A stretch of 63,642 nucleotides of DNA, the filler included, from Basidiobolus ranarum (Eukaryota): NCBI GenBank assembly GCA_040143965.1. It is 43 parts of 43 records of this genome, joined end to end, with 100 filler letters (N's around TTAATTAATTAA, not from the genome) between each part and the next. Parts side by side here need not be neighbours in the genome. Positions count along the whole stretch, not along the records: positions 37,120 to 38,500 come from JASJQH010012230.1; positions 38,601 to 39,981 come from JASJQH010012231.1; positions 40,082 to 41,462 come from JASJQH010012232.1; positions 41,563 to 42,943 come from JASJQH010012233.1; positions 43,044 to 44,423 come from JASJQH010012234.1; positions 44,524 to 45,903 come from JASJQH010012235.1; positions 46,004 to 47,383 come from JASJQH010012236.1; positions 47,484 to 48,863 come from JASJQH010012237.1; 35 more parts are not named here. One strand, written 5' to 3'. A program made the translations under genes and the position numbers. Shown one piece after another: positions 38,441 through 50,442 of this stretch. The notes below the pieces were generated by a model that searched no databases, was not told the DNA's origin, and saw only the letters and a program-made list of their open reading frames with translations. The number at the start of each line of letters is the position of its first letter. The stretch's first letter is position 1.

Positions 38441-38500
38441 ATGGGTGTATTAGTATATCTCGCTGCTTCAGCTGCTGCTATCGGAGGTTTCCTCTTTGGT
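38441..38500 (+). CDS. MFS sugar porter, N-terminus
   Basis: MGVLVYLAASAAAIGGFLFG (TM1 GGxLFGYD motif), truncated by the contig end. Confidence 0.75.
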
Positions 38501-38789
38501 NNNNNNNNNNNNNNNNNNNNNNNNNNNNNNNNNNNNNNNNNNNNTTAATTAATTAANNNNNNNNNNNNNNNNNNNNNNNNNNNNNNNNNNNNNNNNNNNN
38601 AGTTTGAAATTTCCAATATGGAGTTGCTAATTCTCACATTATTCATATATATATATATAATATATGTTCCAATTTTTGACCAAGTGATATTTGACTAAGT
38701 AATGTTAACTAACCTATATGTGATATATGAAATAGTTAGGTGTATAAAGATAGAGATAACAAATATGATAAAGACAATAAACTTCAACA

Positions 38790-39880
38790 AGTACCACATA
38801 TGCAATGATTCCAGAGTCATCAAGTTTCCGGAAGTAATTGTTTCAGAGTTAGAAACAGTTTCAGTTATTGGTGCAATATCCAGGTGATATAGAATCCCAA
38901 TTCTTGTTCCAGTTACTACTATTAAGCTCTTTGATTTGTATATGGTTGGTTTTCCTTGGCTGAATTTGACATCATAAGGTTTCTTTTCAATTGCTCTGAT
39001 TGAGAATAGATTTGTTGTAAATGATAGAATATAAAAGATATCTTCTGAAGTTGCTGCTACACTTTTGGTCTTACTTACTTGTAAGTCAAGTGTCACCACT
39101 CCCATTCCATATGCAGCCAGTTTGTTTCTTCCAGCTACCATGATGTTCAGAGATTGGATTTCTGTTGAAGCTTGTTGTCTTTATTATATTTGTTATCTCT
39201 ATCTTTATACACCTAGCTATTTCATATATCACATATAAGCTAGTTAACATCACTTAGTCATATATCACTTAGCTGAAAATTGGAACATATATTATATATA
39301 TATGTGAATAATGTGAGAATTAGCAATTCCATATTGGATATTTCAAACTCATCCAAATTGCCCCAAAAATAGCTCATTTTACTCCCACAGATGTTTGGAA
39401 CACAACCCCAGTGTTAGTTTTCTGTATTCCCATCAAAATGAATAAATGCTCTATTTCTGGACATTAAACAATTATCTCACAAAGTTATTCACAACTGCAC
39501 TTTTCTAAAGTTCCTCCAAACAGCCTATATTTTCCCAATAATTTCCTTATAGTCATGCATTATGTTTCTATTGTGACATATATGATCACTTGCACCAGAA
39601 TCTGGAATCCATACATTAGCAGAGTCATTTCCTGATTTAGAGGTTTCCATAAGTACTTAGTGTTCATTTACTCTTTTAGTGGTGCTATGTACTTCCCTTT
39701 TCTTTGAAACCCACTTCTTCTTTGATCTGTAATAACATGCTATGTGTCCCAGTTTTCACATTTGTAACATTTCACAGGGCTTCTTTCTGGTTGGCTATTT
39801 TGAGAACAAAATGCTTATGTAATTTTTGCTTCATCTGCAGGCTGACTTTTGTCTTTGCTTTTAAATTCTTCTTGACATAC
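38790..39880 (-). mobile_element. Copia gag/protease fragment interrupted by a solo LTR1
   Basis: WIPDSGASDHICH, TNLFSI. Homologous to 53401-53760. Confidence 0.85.
39163..39540 (+). repeat. Solo LTR1 (378 bp, TGTTG...CAATA) with a perfect 5-bp TSD ATTTC
   Basis: ATTTC at 39158-39162 and 39541-39545. The paralogous empty site near 53431 has a single ATTTC. Confidence 0.95.
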
Positions 39881-40081
39881 ACAAATGATCAGATAATGCA
39901 GAGTAAGCTTATCCCCAATTGCTTCCAAAGTGAGTACTAGGGCTGAATATGATTCAGGGAGACCATTAATTATGATAAAAGNNNNNNNNNNNNNNNNNNN
40001 NNNNNNNNNNNNNNNNNNNNNNNNNTTAATTAATTAANNNNNNNNNNNNNNNNNNNNNNNNNNNNNNNNNNNNNNNNNNNN

Positions 40082-40760
40082 GCTGGCCAATAATTTTAAT
40101 CAACTTAAATCTTCCTCCCTCTGAATGGTATAAGAGTCATAATATTTTGATACTATCCATCATATCTGGACCTAAATCACCAGTGCTTATAGGTAGCTTC
40201 TTGGAGCATTTGATTGCAGAATTTGAACGGTTATCTAATGGGGTACAGATGGGTCAATATTTTGTTAAAGCTAATATCATTGTATGTATTGGTGACAACC
40301 CTGCCTTCACTAAACTTGAAGGTTTTTGCAGGCATAATGCACTATCTTGCTGTACATTTTCTCAAATCAATTTAGTTTACTCTGTCAGGCATTAGCACTA
40401 CTACTATCCAAATACAACACTAAACTTCATGATTTTACCATCAAGAGCCCAGTCAGATTTCAATATGATCACTGATATTAACTCACCAAATAGTCAGTCT
40501 AACATAAAACATCAAACTTGATATTAGCCATAAGCCTATGATTATATTGCTACAGAGGATTAGCTGGAGCTGGAGCTTCCCATTAGGCACTATGCACTTA
40601 CTATTCAACAACATTCTGATACTACTTACTCACCTATGTAGTGGAAAATTCAATATGCATGAGCAATTCAAGATAAGATCAAAGTTTTAATTAATTGGGA
40701 AAATGCTTGAAACATCAAGATAGCATCATATTTTACCAGGACTTCTATCAATATCCACTC
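40082..40760 (+). mobile_element. CACTA/CMC transposase central fragment
   Basis: WPIILINLNLPP, ISGPKSP, GDNPA, HNALSCC. Confidence 0.85.
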
Positions 40761-40764
40761 AACA

Positions 40765-41462
40765 GTGATTAACTGTTTACTTACCATCATAAAATCCTAA
40801 AGTTAGGTTTGATTTTAATCAATTTTTTCAGTTTCAGGAGTGAAATTTTGAGATCTGGCAAAATAGTTGCGCATGATTGGCTACAATCTCAGAGAACTGT
40901 GGATCAGCACATGTGCATAAAATGTGACTCAAATTTTACACAATTGCCACTAGAACATTAATTTGTCACCTTTGAAATCACTAGTCTCTTTGATACATTC
41001 TCCTGAATATTTTTATAGAGTTCTTCATACCAAAGGTTTAGACCATACCCAACTTAAATTTGTGTCAATATCTCCATCAAAGCCCACCATTGTATTAACA
41101 TTGCTGAATCAACGTTGTTCCAACTATCTGGCAGATACCCTGCAATATTGTGATACTCTGTATTAAGTTCTTCCCAGATATCTACACAGTCAACACAAAA
41201 CTGAATGTCAAGTTGAATGTTCTTCTTCTGAAGCCACTTTTTGCTTACTTGCACTGCATTTTTCTCTTTATACTTTTAAAAATACTCCTCAAGCACTTCA
41301 ACTATTTTTGTATGCCCTTATAGTGTGACACTACTGAGGGTACTTTGCAGTGTTTGTGTGGCTTTTTGATTGCCTTTGAACTTGGGGCTACTTTCAACAC
41401 TTTGAAAAGTACCAGTTGAGAATGGAGAGCCATGAGTTTTATTTGCTGGTCTTTTGGCTTGT
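40765..41462 (-). mobile_element. Repeat with an unknown ORF C-terminus; putative CMC left arm
   Basis: Homologous to 41563-42084 and 54517-54779. Confidence 0.6.
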
Positions 41463-41562
41463 NNNNNNNNNNNNNNNNNNNNNNNNNNNNNNNNNNNNNN
41501 NNNNNNTTAATTAATTAANNNNNNNNNNNNNNNNNNNNNNNNNNNNNNNNNNNNNNNNNNNN

Positions 41563-42084
41563 TGCAGAAAGTGGCTTCAGAAGAAGAACATTCAGCTTGA
41601 CATTCAGTCTGGTGTTGACTGTGCAGATATCTGGGAAGAACTTAATACAGAGTGGCACAATATTGCAGGGTATTTGCCAGATAGCTGGCAGAATGTTGAT
41701 TCAGCAATGTTAATACAATGGTGGGCTTTGATGGAGATATTGATACAAACTTGTGTTGGGTATGAAGAACTCTATAAAAATATTCAGGAGAATATATCAG
41801 AGATACTAGGGATTTCAAAGGTGACAAATTAGTGTTCAAGTGGTAATTGTGTAAAATTTGAGTTACGTTTTTCACACATGTGTTGATCCATAGTTCTCTG
41901 AGATTTTAGCCAATCATGCACAACTATTTTGCAAGATCTTGAAATTTCACTCCTGAAACTGAAAAAATTGATTAAAATCAAATCTAACTTGATGATTTTA
42001 TGACAGTAAGTAAATGGTCAATCCCAAATGGATTAAAATTGTGATGGTTTTCCTACAATAACAATCCTCAAATTTCTGTTAGGG
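41563..42084 (+). mobile_element. Putative CMC left arm ending TTTCTGTTAGGG
   Basis: ORF end KWLQKKNIQLDI...ISKVTN* (stop near 41832), then a non-coding arm to the terminus at 42084. Confidence 0.65.
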
Positions 42085-42584
42085 AATTGCTTCCAACTTT
42101 GATACTATCTTGAATGACTCATTCACATTGAATTTTCCACTATATAGCTGAGTAAGTAGTATTGGAATGTTGATGAATAGTAAGTGCATAGTGCCTAATG
42201 GGAAGCTCTGGCTTCAGCTGATCCTCATTAGCAACATAATTTTTGGCTTATGGCTAATACCAAGTTTGATGTTAAACTGACTATTTGGTGAATTGATGTC
42301 AGTGATCATGTTGAAATCTGACCAGGCACTTGATGGTAAAATCATAGAGTTATTGCACCCTTTGGACTCCCAAAAAACCCTTACAATATTGCAGTTATAG
42401 TTGCTGCTAAGACCCTAAAACAACCACACTGGCAAACCAAGAGACTCTGAATGTCAGAACTGCTGTTACTTGCTCTGATCATGAGTGATTTAATATTTTG
42501 GAAACTGTGTGGAATCTTGCCCTAAATCACCTTGATTTAAGGTATACTCTTTCTCTTGCAGAAGCTCCAGTTCAATTGACTTGT

Positions 42585-42943
42585 ATTGTTCCCATTCCAA
42601 TAGCATCCAATGTGTAGTCATATCCTATGAAAACTTTTCTAACTGGTATTTCTTCATAATCCACAAATCAATGTTTTTCATTTGTGAAATGTTGGGAGGC
42701 TTCAGAATCAATATACCATGTCTAAGAATCCTTGTTGGTAGTCATAGATAGAGCAGATATGAACAAGTGATCTTCTGTTGTAACTATAATTCCAGAATCA
42801 GTACCTTTTTCTTCTTTTGCAATTCTCTTAATGCAATCTTTGCTTGAATGGCCAGTTATTTTACAGCAATCATAGAATGTGCTACTTTTCTTCTTAAAGT
42901 GCTTTTGACCTTTATAGGAAGGTTTCCCATAGCCTATTAAAGC
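42585..42943 (-). mobile_element. Copia gag/protease fragment
   Basis: Homologous to 16940-17300; WYIDSEASQH. Confidence 0.85.
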
Positions 42944-44336
42944 NNNNNNNNNNNNNNNNNNNNNNNNNNNNNNNNNNNNNNNNNNNNTTAATTAATTAAN
43001 NNNNNNNNNNNNNNNNNNNNNNNNNNNNNNNNNNNNNNNNNNNTTCAATCTGACAAATGATTTTCTTTAAGCTAAATTCATAGATGGCACTTTCTATTCT
43101 ATTGCATGATATACTATTTTCATTAAGTTGGAGTTAACTCATTTTATTGTGCTTGTCAAATATATTGTTTCCTTTGTATTTTATGTTCAGTCGCCCAAAA
43201 TATATAAATAACTCCATTAGAACCAGAAGCAATGACTTATTCCTTAAAAGATTTTATTCCACTGCCTTCAACTTCAAAGCTAGGCCTGGACTGAAACTTC
43301 TCCAAATTTTGTTGGCTTTTGACATTCCCATTGCAAAAGTCTTTATGCTTCCTGGTCCTTCTTCAATTACACTCTCCAATGCAATCATTCTAATATTTAA
43401 TAATATTCTCCAATACTGCCTGCAATATTGCCACTTGCCAAAGCATCTTGACAAGCACACAGTAAGTGAATATTCCTGAACCTCTTCTTCTATATGCTTA
43501 TTGGGTAAGATAAATGATTGAATATCTGTAGCAATAATACATGCAGGTGAAGGGTATGAGAGTCAACTTTGTGTGTCAATTTTGTTATGTTACTAGCTAA
43601 ACCAAACTGAATCAACACTGGATTACCACTGACTACTTTTTAAGTCTACAACTACATTGCTTTGTCTGTAACTTAGCAAAGATACTATGATAGATAAACC
43701 CTACTTGAATTTCTGTACTAACCAATCCCTATCACAAAATTTGATATAAGCTATACAAGTACTTATAATTCACTATATTATAATTGATTAGCCTAGAGAA
43801 TTAAAGCTTTTACCATGTGCTATCATTTACTATTAGGATTCTGCATCAAAACCATCAAAACACAGTATCACTTGGTTTCATATCAAACAGCAAACAAATC
43901 AATACCCCACAGAATGCTGTTCTCCAATGGAGCCTTCTTTGTACCATTAGAGATTGTATCTTCAGTACTGTTTTATACATATAGGTTGTACTGGCTTCCA
44001 ATTTAGCATTATCCATAGATTTCCATCCTCAAAGTTATATTATCAGCATATCCACATTTTTACATCCCACTTCTGGATTTAATAATAATCTGAAAGAGAT
44101 CTGGCCCCAAGGTATGTTAATCTGGTAGTATTTATATCAATTTATACTTGCTTTCCTGACTGGTATAAACTATCTATATACATAATACTTAGCTTAAGTA
44201 TACAATTCTTCATGTTTGACACCATATGCATGATCAGAGTGAATAAAGTATACATCTTTTGAAAAATAGACATCAAGGAAGAAGAATATGATATTATGCT
44301 TTGATAATACTGTTGAAATTATTTAGGGAGAAATAT

Positions 44337-44409
44337 TGGTCTGGCCAGGAATTGAACCTGGGACCTCCTTCACTCTAGCAAGGTGCTCTAACCATTGAGC
44401 TACCAGTCC
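44337..44409 (-). ncRNA. tRNA-like sequence inside an LTR-like repeat (copy 2)
   Basis: GGACTGG TA GCTC AATGGTTA GAGC A CCTTG CTAGAGT GAAGG AGGTC CCAGG TTCAATT CCTGG CCAGACC A. It lies 26 nt inside TGTTG at 44311. Confidence 0.75.
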
Positions 44410-44523
44410 TTGTATGCTATGCCNNNNNNNNNNNNNNNNNNNNNNNNNNNNNNNNNNNNNNNNNNNNTTAATTAATTAANNNNNNNNNNNNNNNNNNNNN
44501 NNNNNNNNNNNNNNNNNNNNNNN

Positions 44524-45904
44524 CCTTTTACTCAAGAAAATTCTCTGCCGCAGAAATCAACTATGACATCTATGACAAGGAACTATTGGCAATTCTTGCT
44601 GCCATTGAACAATGGTGACAACACTTGAATGGAGCAAATCACATAATCACAGTTTATTGTGATCACAAGAATCTTCCGTATTTTAGTACAACCAAAGGCC
44701 TCAACCATCATCAAGCTTGATGGTTACTATTTCTAGCCAGTTTTGATTTTGTGATTACATATTGACCAGGTAGCCAGCAAAGAAAACCTGATGCCCTATC
44801 ACATAGCACAGAATATCAGCCTAAAGAAGGAAATGAGGCCTTTGGCCAACAAAATACTTCCTTACTGAAGCCCCACCAACTTCAAACTAGTGTAACTGCC
44901 CTTTCTCTGCCTAGTTCAAGCACAATCCATGAAGACATCCACAAATTTCAATCTGAAGACCCATTGGTAATATCAATCAAGAAAGCCAGGGAAACCTCCA
45001 AAGACCTCTCAAGCTTGAACTTGTACTGCCTTTTCTCCATCATCAATGATCTCTTGCTTTATAAGAAGTGCCTTTACATTCCAGACCACACTTCCAGACT
45101 CATAATTATGCAGCAAAGACATGACTCACCACTAGCAGGACACTTTGGTATTGCCAGATCATATATGTTGGCATCCAGGGATTATTAGTGGCCCAAAATG
45201 TTTGCGTTTGTCAAGACTTATGTTTTGACCTGTGATACTTGTTCTCAAGTGAAGACTCCAAGACATCAGCCCTACAGCCTCCTACAGCCACTTCCAATTC
45301 CTGATCAGCAGTGGACATCCATATCCCTGGAATTCATAACTGATCTACCCATGTCTGCCAAATATGATTCAATTCAGGTAATTGTTGACCCTCTAACAAA
45401 GATGGCCCACTTTGCCACCCTGCAACAAGTCAATTGATGCAAAACAAACAGCAAAATTGGTAACTCAAAACATCTTCCACCTACATGGACTCCCTAAACT
45501 ATCATCTTGGACCAAGGACCTCAGTTTGCTTCCAAATTCTGGAAAAGTCTCCTCCATATCTTGGGTATCTCTGCCAATCTCTCCACTACCTTCCACCCCC
45601 AATCTGATGGCCAAACAGAAAGAGTCAATCAAGTTTTGGAACAATATTTGCGATGCACTATCAACTATAATCAGGATAATTGGACACAACTCTTGCCTCT
45701 TGCTGAATTTGCTTACAACAACTCTTATCATACCTCAACAAAACAAACTCCTTTCTTTGCAAATTTAGGATTCCATCCTTGTTTCACAATTCCCCCACCA
45801 TCCAATCTCCATTGTCCTGCTGCCTCAGACCATGCCACTTACCTTAAGGACATCCATAAACAATTAATATCTGAGTTGGAGCATGCTCAATCCCAACACA
45901 AGAN
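44524..45904 (+). mobile_element. Ty3/Gypsy RNase H and integrase
   Basis: [58 protein letters not shown]. Confidence 0.95.
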
Positions 45905-46004
45905 NNNNNNNNNNNNNNNNNNNNNNNNNNNNNNNNNNNNNNNNNNNTTAATTAATTAANNNNNNNNNNNNNNNNNNNNNNNNNNNNNNNNNNNNNNNNN
46001 NNNT

Positions 46005-46109
46005 ACCTTCCTTGTGTTGAATCTTGGTCTTGACGTTGTCGATAGTATCAGAAGACTCCCCCTCGAGGGTGATGGTCTTTACGGTAAGGGTCTTAACGAA
46101 AATTTGCAT
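46005..46109 (-). CDS. Ubiquitin N-terminal 35 aa (divergent; truncated by the contig end)
   Basis: [35 protein letters not shown]. Confidence 0.85.
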
Positions 46110-47316
46110 GGCTAAACGATTCAAGGACGAAAAAAGAGATGAGTAAGAGAAGCGTTTAATGTTGTTTTCCTTGATACAAGTGTTCGAGTGTAATACGTCG
46201 ATGGATGGATGTTTTTATCAGATGATGAGCTATACTACCATTGACTATCCACCCTGTAAAGAATTTGAAAAATAGACATGAAGCTAACCTGCTTTGAGAC
46301 CTTGCGAATACCGAAAGTGAAAGACTGTACCTAGTAGAAGGCCAAATCAATTTAAAGATGGTGAGATCACTTAGAAATTATTCTTGTCAGTTGATTGGTC
46401 AGTTCTTTTCTCGAGGACCAAGTAAGATTTGACCCCCATGAGATCAAAAATTCGTATTGTTGCTGGTAGAATGATTCACATTTTCTTTATAATCTAAGAT
46501 AACAATCTTGTCGCAAGCAATAAAGAGTCAAAAGAGTGTATCAAGATTTCATTCAAAGGATGGCGTATCTAAGACTGCACATGCAAAAAATGAACAGTAT
46601 CGAATCTTGCAATGTGTTAGATTGGCCTTTCGTGATGACAGCCATATATAAATCTTCTAACGGTTGATATACAAGTGAATATCATCTGTCTCAATAATTG
46701 TGTGGTTGACCCGTGCTGTTTAACTTGGGGAGAGATGCGAGAAATCTTTCAATTCTGTCACGGGGCATTTTAATAAATTGTCTGGAAATCACTACTAGCA
46801 AAAAATCCAGTAGAGTCCTAAAGTTCGAGCTTTTCGTCACATCCGTATCATGAAAACCAAAGTTTATTGTTCTCTGCCTTAGTACAAATAGAAGCAGCAT
46901 GTCAAACAGTTCAGTACAAGTTGTCCAGTAATACCAATTTTTATTATCTTTGCTGATAGACATCCATCCTCAGTCGTCTTTTCATGAAGATACCATCTTA
47001 CCATGACGAAGAAACCTTGGAAACATAGTGTTGATTTAGATTCATTAATACCAATATGCCTTTGATCGAAATGAGATAATATTGGATTTAATTGGTTACT
47101 TTGTTGAGCATCCAAAACGTCAACTGTCCATGGTTTATGCTTGAGTCTAAAGACTTGATTTGCCTTTCACAAATATTTTCTCGATATTCTTATGCAACGA
47201 AGTCCAAGGGTCAAACTTGGATTTTATATTGGGTTGGGCTAGACGTCCGGCAAAGACCGAGGAAGTCCGTTATTGCGGTTGTGACATGATTTTGATCTAC
47301 TCCAACATAATGATTT

Positions 47317-47377
47317 AAATGCCATGCTTACCATTAAAAGCCAAAATGCCATGCTTACCATTAAAAGCCAAAATTCC
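47317..47377. repeat. 27-bp tandem duplication
   Basis: AAATGCCATGCTTACCATTAAAAGCCA twice. Confidence 0.85.
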
Positions 47378-47483
47378 ATTCTTNNNNNNNNNNNNNNNNN
47401 NNNNNNNNNNNNNNNNNNNNNNNNNNNTTAATTAATTAANNNNNNNNNNNNNNNNNNNNNNNNNNNNNNNNNNNNNNNNNNNN

Positions 47484-47921
47484 GATGAACTTCTTGCGTA
47501 GTGCCGCATCACGTACAACAGTGGAGAAGGTTTGACTACCAGTCCAGCCACCCAACGAGATCAGAGTCTTTACACCCTTTGCACTGGCTACTTGTTTGAG
47601 TTTACGAATTCTGTTGCCATCATAGTATCTGTCGATAGTGATTTCGGTAGGGTCAGCAGTTTTCTTTGTTAGTACTCCAAATCCTGTAAAATAAAGTTCA
47701 AATTAGTCAGATATTATGAGTATTTAGAAGATGATGTGTAAAATCGAAAGCCTACCGTAGTTGATATGAGTGACCTTATCCAAACTTAGCTGTTCTGGCT
47801 CCACTTTACCCCAAGGGACATAGTAACCAACGACTACTTTGTCATCTGCTGCCAAACTACCTAAAGGTGCGAACAGTAGAGTTGTGGAGAGAGTGGAGAT
47901 CAGGAAGAGGTTGAACTTCAT
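47484..47921 (-). CDS. Secreted GH18 chitinase, N-terminal part (exons 47921-47756 and 47683-47484)
   Basis: Signal peptide, VVVGYYVPW, VTHINYGFG, 72-nt GT-AG intron, KTLISLGGWTGS. Confidence 0.93.
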
Positions 47922-48589
47922 TGTGCAACTATTCAAGTACCTTGCTGTGTGTCTTCGCTAAGATTCTCAGTGGTACTTATAGATGAACGCTTAACGACGT
48001 ATATTTTCTTTTCTCTTTCTTTAGACTTATTAATACCTATTGTAGAATGTGAATTATATGGGCCACTTCTCGATAAGGATAAGCCACATGATTGTTGCAA
48101 CATGTTGAACCGGTTTGGATGAGATCCAGAGTTGTATCTTTACATCTAGTGGCTTATATGATACTTGGTATATAAAATTACCACTGTTATCGAATTTAGA
48201 GCGGGTGACTCTCATGACTAACCGTTTATATTAATACTCTCATTAATATAGAAAGTACATACTCACAATCACATACTGAAGAGGGCTAATCATAAAGCAA
48301 ACCTCTGTTGCCTTGGCTTTTTTACGTAATTCGTTCATCTTTGTTAGGAACTTCAGTAGCTCCAATTATAGCTTCAAGCTGTCGATCAATCTAACACTTT
48401 ACTACTGAAAATTCCTGTTTATATTCTGGCATTAATTACATCAACTGTCCCGTTTTATACTAATTGCTGTAGTTATTCTTTAAAGTAAACTCGTAACTGA
48501 TTTAAGTTTATATTTTGATAAAATAGCTATAACCAGATTCATAAATTTTAATGAAATAATAATTGTAATTCAATACAGGTTGTTGGTAT

Positions 48590-48863
48590 TTAGCAAGCGC
48601 CAATGTCATTCCAGACAGACTGGCTGTTACTTCCTGGGGTATCATTCTGAGTCCACCATTTGGCTTGCCATAAATGTCCCTTGTAGGTAACTTTCTGGGC
48701 GCTGTTGTAAGCAGTAGCAGGAACCCATTCGGCAACTCCGTTGCAAATACCAGGAACTGAAGTAGGAGTCACGGAAGCAGTACTGGTAGATCCAGTGGCA
48801 ACGGTGGAAGAAGTCTTGCTAGTTACAGAGGAAGTAGCCTGGGCAGTGGAGGTGGTTACAGGA
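48590..48863 (-). CDS. S/T-rich linker plus CBM5/12 chitin-binding domain; C-terminus of a probable upstream chitinase
   Basis: W...TAY...KVTYKGHLWQAKWWTQNDTPG...W. Confidence 0.88.
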
Positions 48864-48963
48864 NNNNNNNNNNNNNNNNNNNNNNNNNNNNNNNNNNNNN
48901 NNNNNNNTTAATTAATTAANNNNNNNNNNNNNNNNNNNNNNNNNNNNNNNNNNNNNNNNNNNN

Positions 48964-50342
48964 TGCAGTGTGTATCAAAAACAGATGCCCAACAAGATTG
49001 CCACTTGAAGCCCTATATGGATCAATACCAAGTATGGATCATCTCAGGATCTTTAGTTACAAAGCACATTGCCTAATTCCAGCTCAAAAATGCTCTAACT
49101 TGGAACTCAAATGCAGAAAGTGCATATTTTGTGGTTATTGTGATGGAACTAAGACATGCAGACTCTTGGATAATAAAAATCACAAGTGAAGTAAGTGCCA
49201 AGATGTGATTTTTGATGGAAAAGCATACTTTTCACCCTAAATCACAGTTTTTGATCTAGAAAACACTATCAGCACTATTGAGGCAGTATCTGACAAAATT
49301 CATGCTGTATGCAAGCCCTATTCAACCAAAATACCAGTCCAAATCACATCAGAGGATGCTTCAGGACCAAGAAAATCATCCAGAAGATGAAATAAGCAGG
49401 AAACTAGTAGAAAACTTCCAATGATGATGTATATGCTTAGGCAGCACTCAGTGGCACACCACACACTCTGGATCAAGCTCTGGAGTGTCCAGAGTCAAAA
49501 ATATGGGAAAAAGCAATGTCAGATGAGAACTCTTCACTTCAGGACAGTAAATAGTGGGATTCAAGTCCACTACTAGCAGGGAGAAAGCCAACTGGATGTA
49601 AATAAGTCTACAAAGTCCAAAAGCAAGCTGATGGAACCAAAGAATGGTACAAAGCAAGATTAGTTGCAAAAGGTTAGTCCCAGACTTTGAGAGTTGCTTT
49701 TAATAAAATGTTTGCCCCAGCAGGTAAGTTTAGCTGCACCAGATCAATCCTGGCACTTTAATTATATCCATTACCTTGATTTACATCAAATGGATGTAAA
49801 AACAGCCTTATTGAATAGAAATCTAGAAGATGAGATGTATATGGAGCACCATGATGGATTTGTTGACCCAAAACACCCTGATATGATCTATACAATGTAA
49901 AAGTCACTATACGGATGCAAGCAAGCCCCCAAGGCATGGTACAACACGTTAGAAACCTATATGGAATCCCTAGAATTCCAAAAATGCACAGCAGATTACA
50001 GAATTTACATCAAAACAAGCAGAAATTGAATCCTTATCTTAGCACTCTATGTGGGTGATTTGATCATAGTCACAAATGATCTAAAAGCCTTTAATCAAAG
50101 AAAAAGCGGCTTATCAACCAATTTTAGATGACTGATATGGGTGAATTAAGTGATTTTCTTGGAATCCAAATCAATACAGACAAAACTAATCAGAAAATCA
50201 TGCTGAATCAGTATGGATACATCCTAGATATCCTAAAATGCTTCAACATGGAGAATAGCAAGCCTGTATCAACACCAAAGGATCCCAAAATGATTCAAAT
50301 CGGAGCCGGGAGTTTCCTAACCAACCCATGGTGAGAGTTTAA
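48964..50342 (+). mobile_element. Decayed Copia integrase end and RT
   Basis: [27 protein letters not shown]. Confidence 0.9.
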
Positions 50343-50442
50343 NNNNNNNNNNNNNNNNNNNNNNNNNNNNNNNNNNNNNNNNNNNNTTAATTAATTAANN
50401 NNNNNNNNNNNNNNNNNNNNNNNNNNNNNNNNNNNNNNNNNN

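Noticed and set aside
43044-44300. Short ORFs in a CpG-poor contig
   Set aside because: All frames have multiple stops and no recognisable motif. It is probably an old repeat and cannot be assigned.
44337-44409. Functional tRNA-Ser(AGA)
   Set aside because: There is no long variable arm, the stems have mismatches, the T-loop is decayed, and it sits in a mobile repeat.
17842-48863. Apparent cluster of catalase, NRPS, reductases, transporter and chitinases
   Set aside because: They lie on separate size-sorted contigs with no physical linkage.
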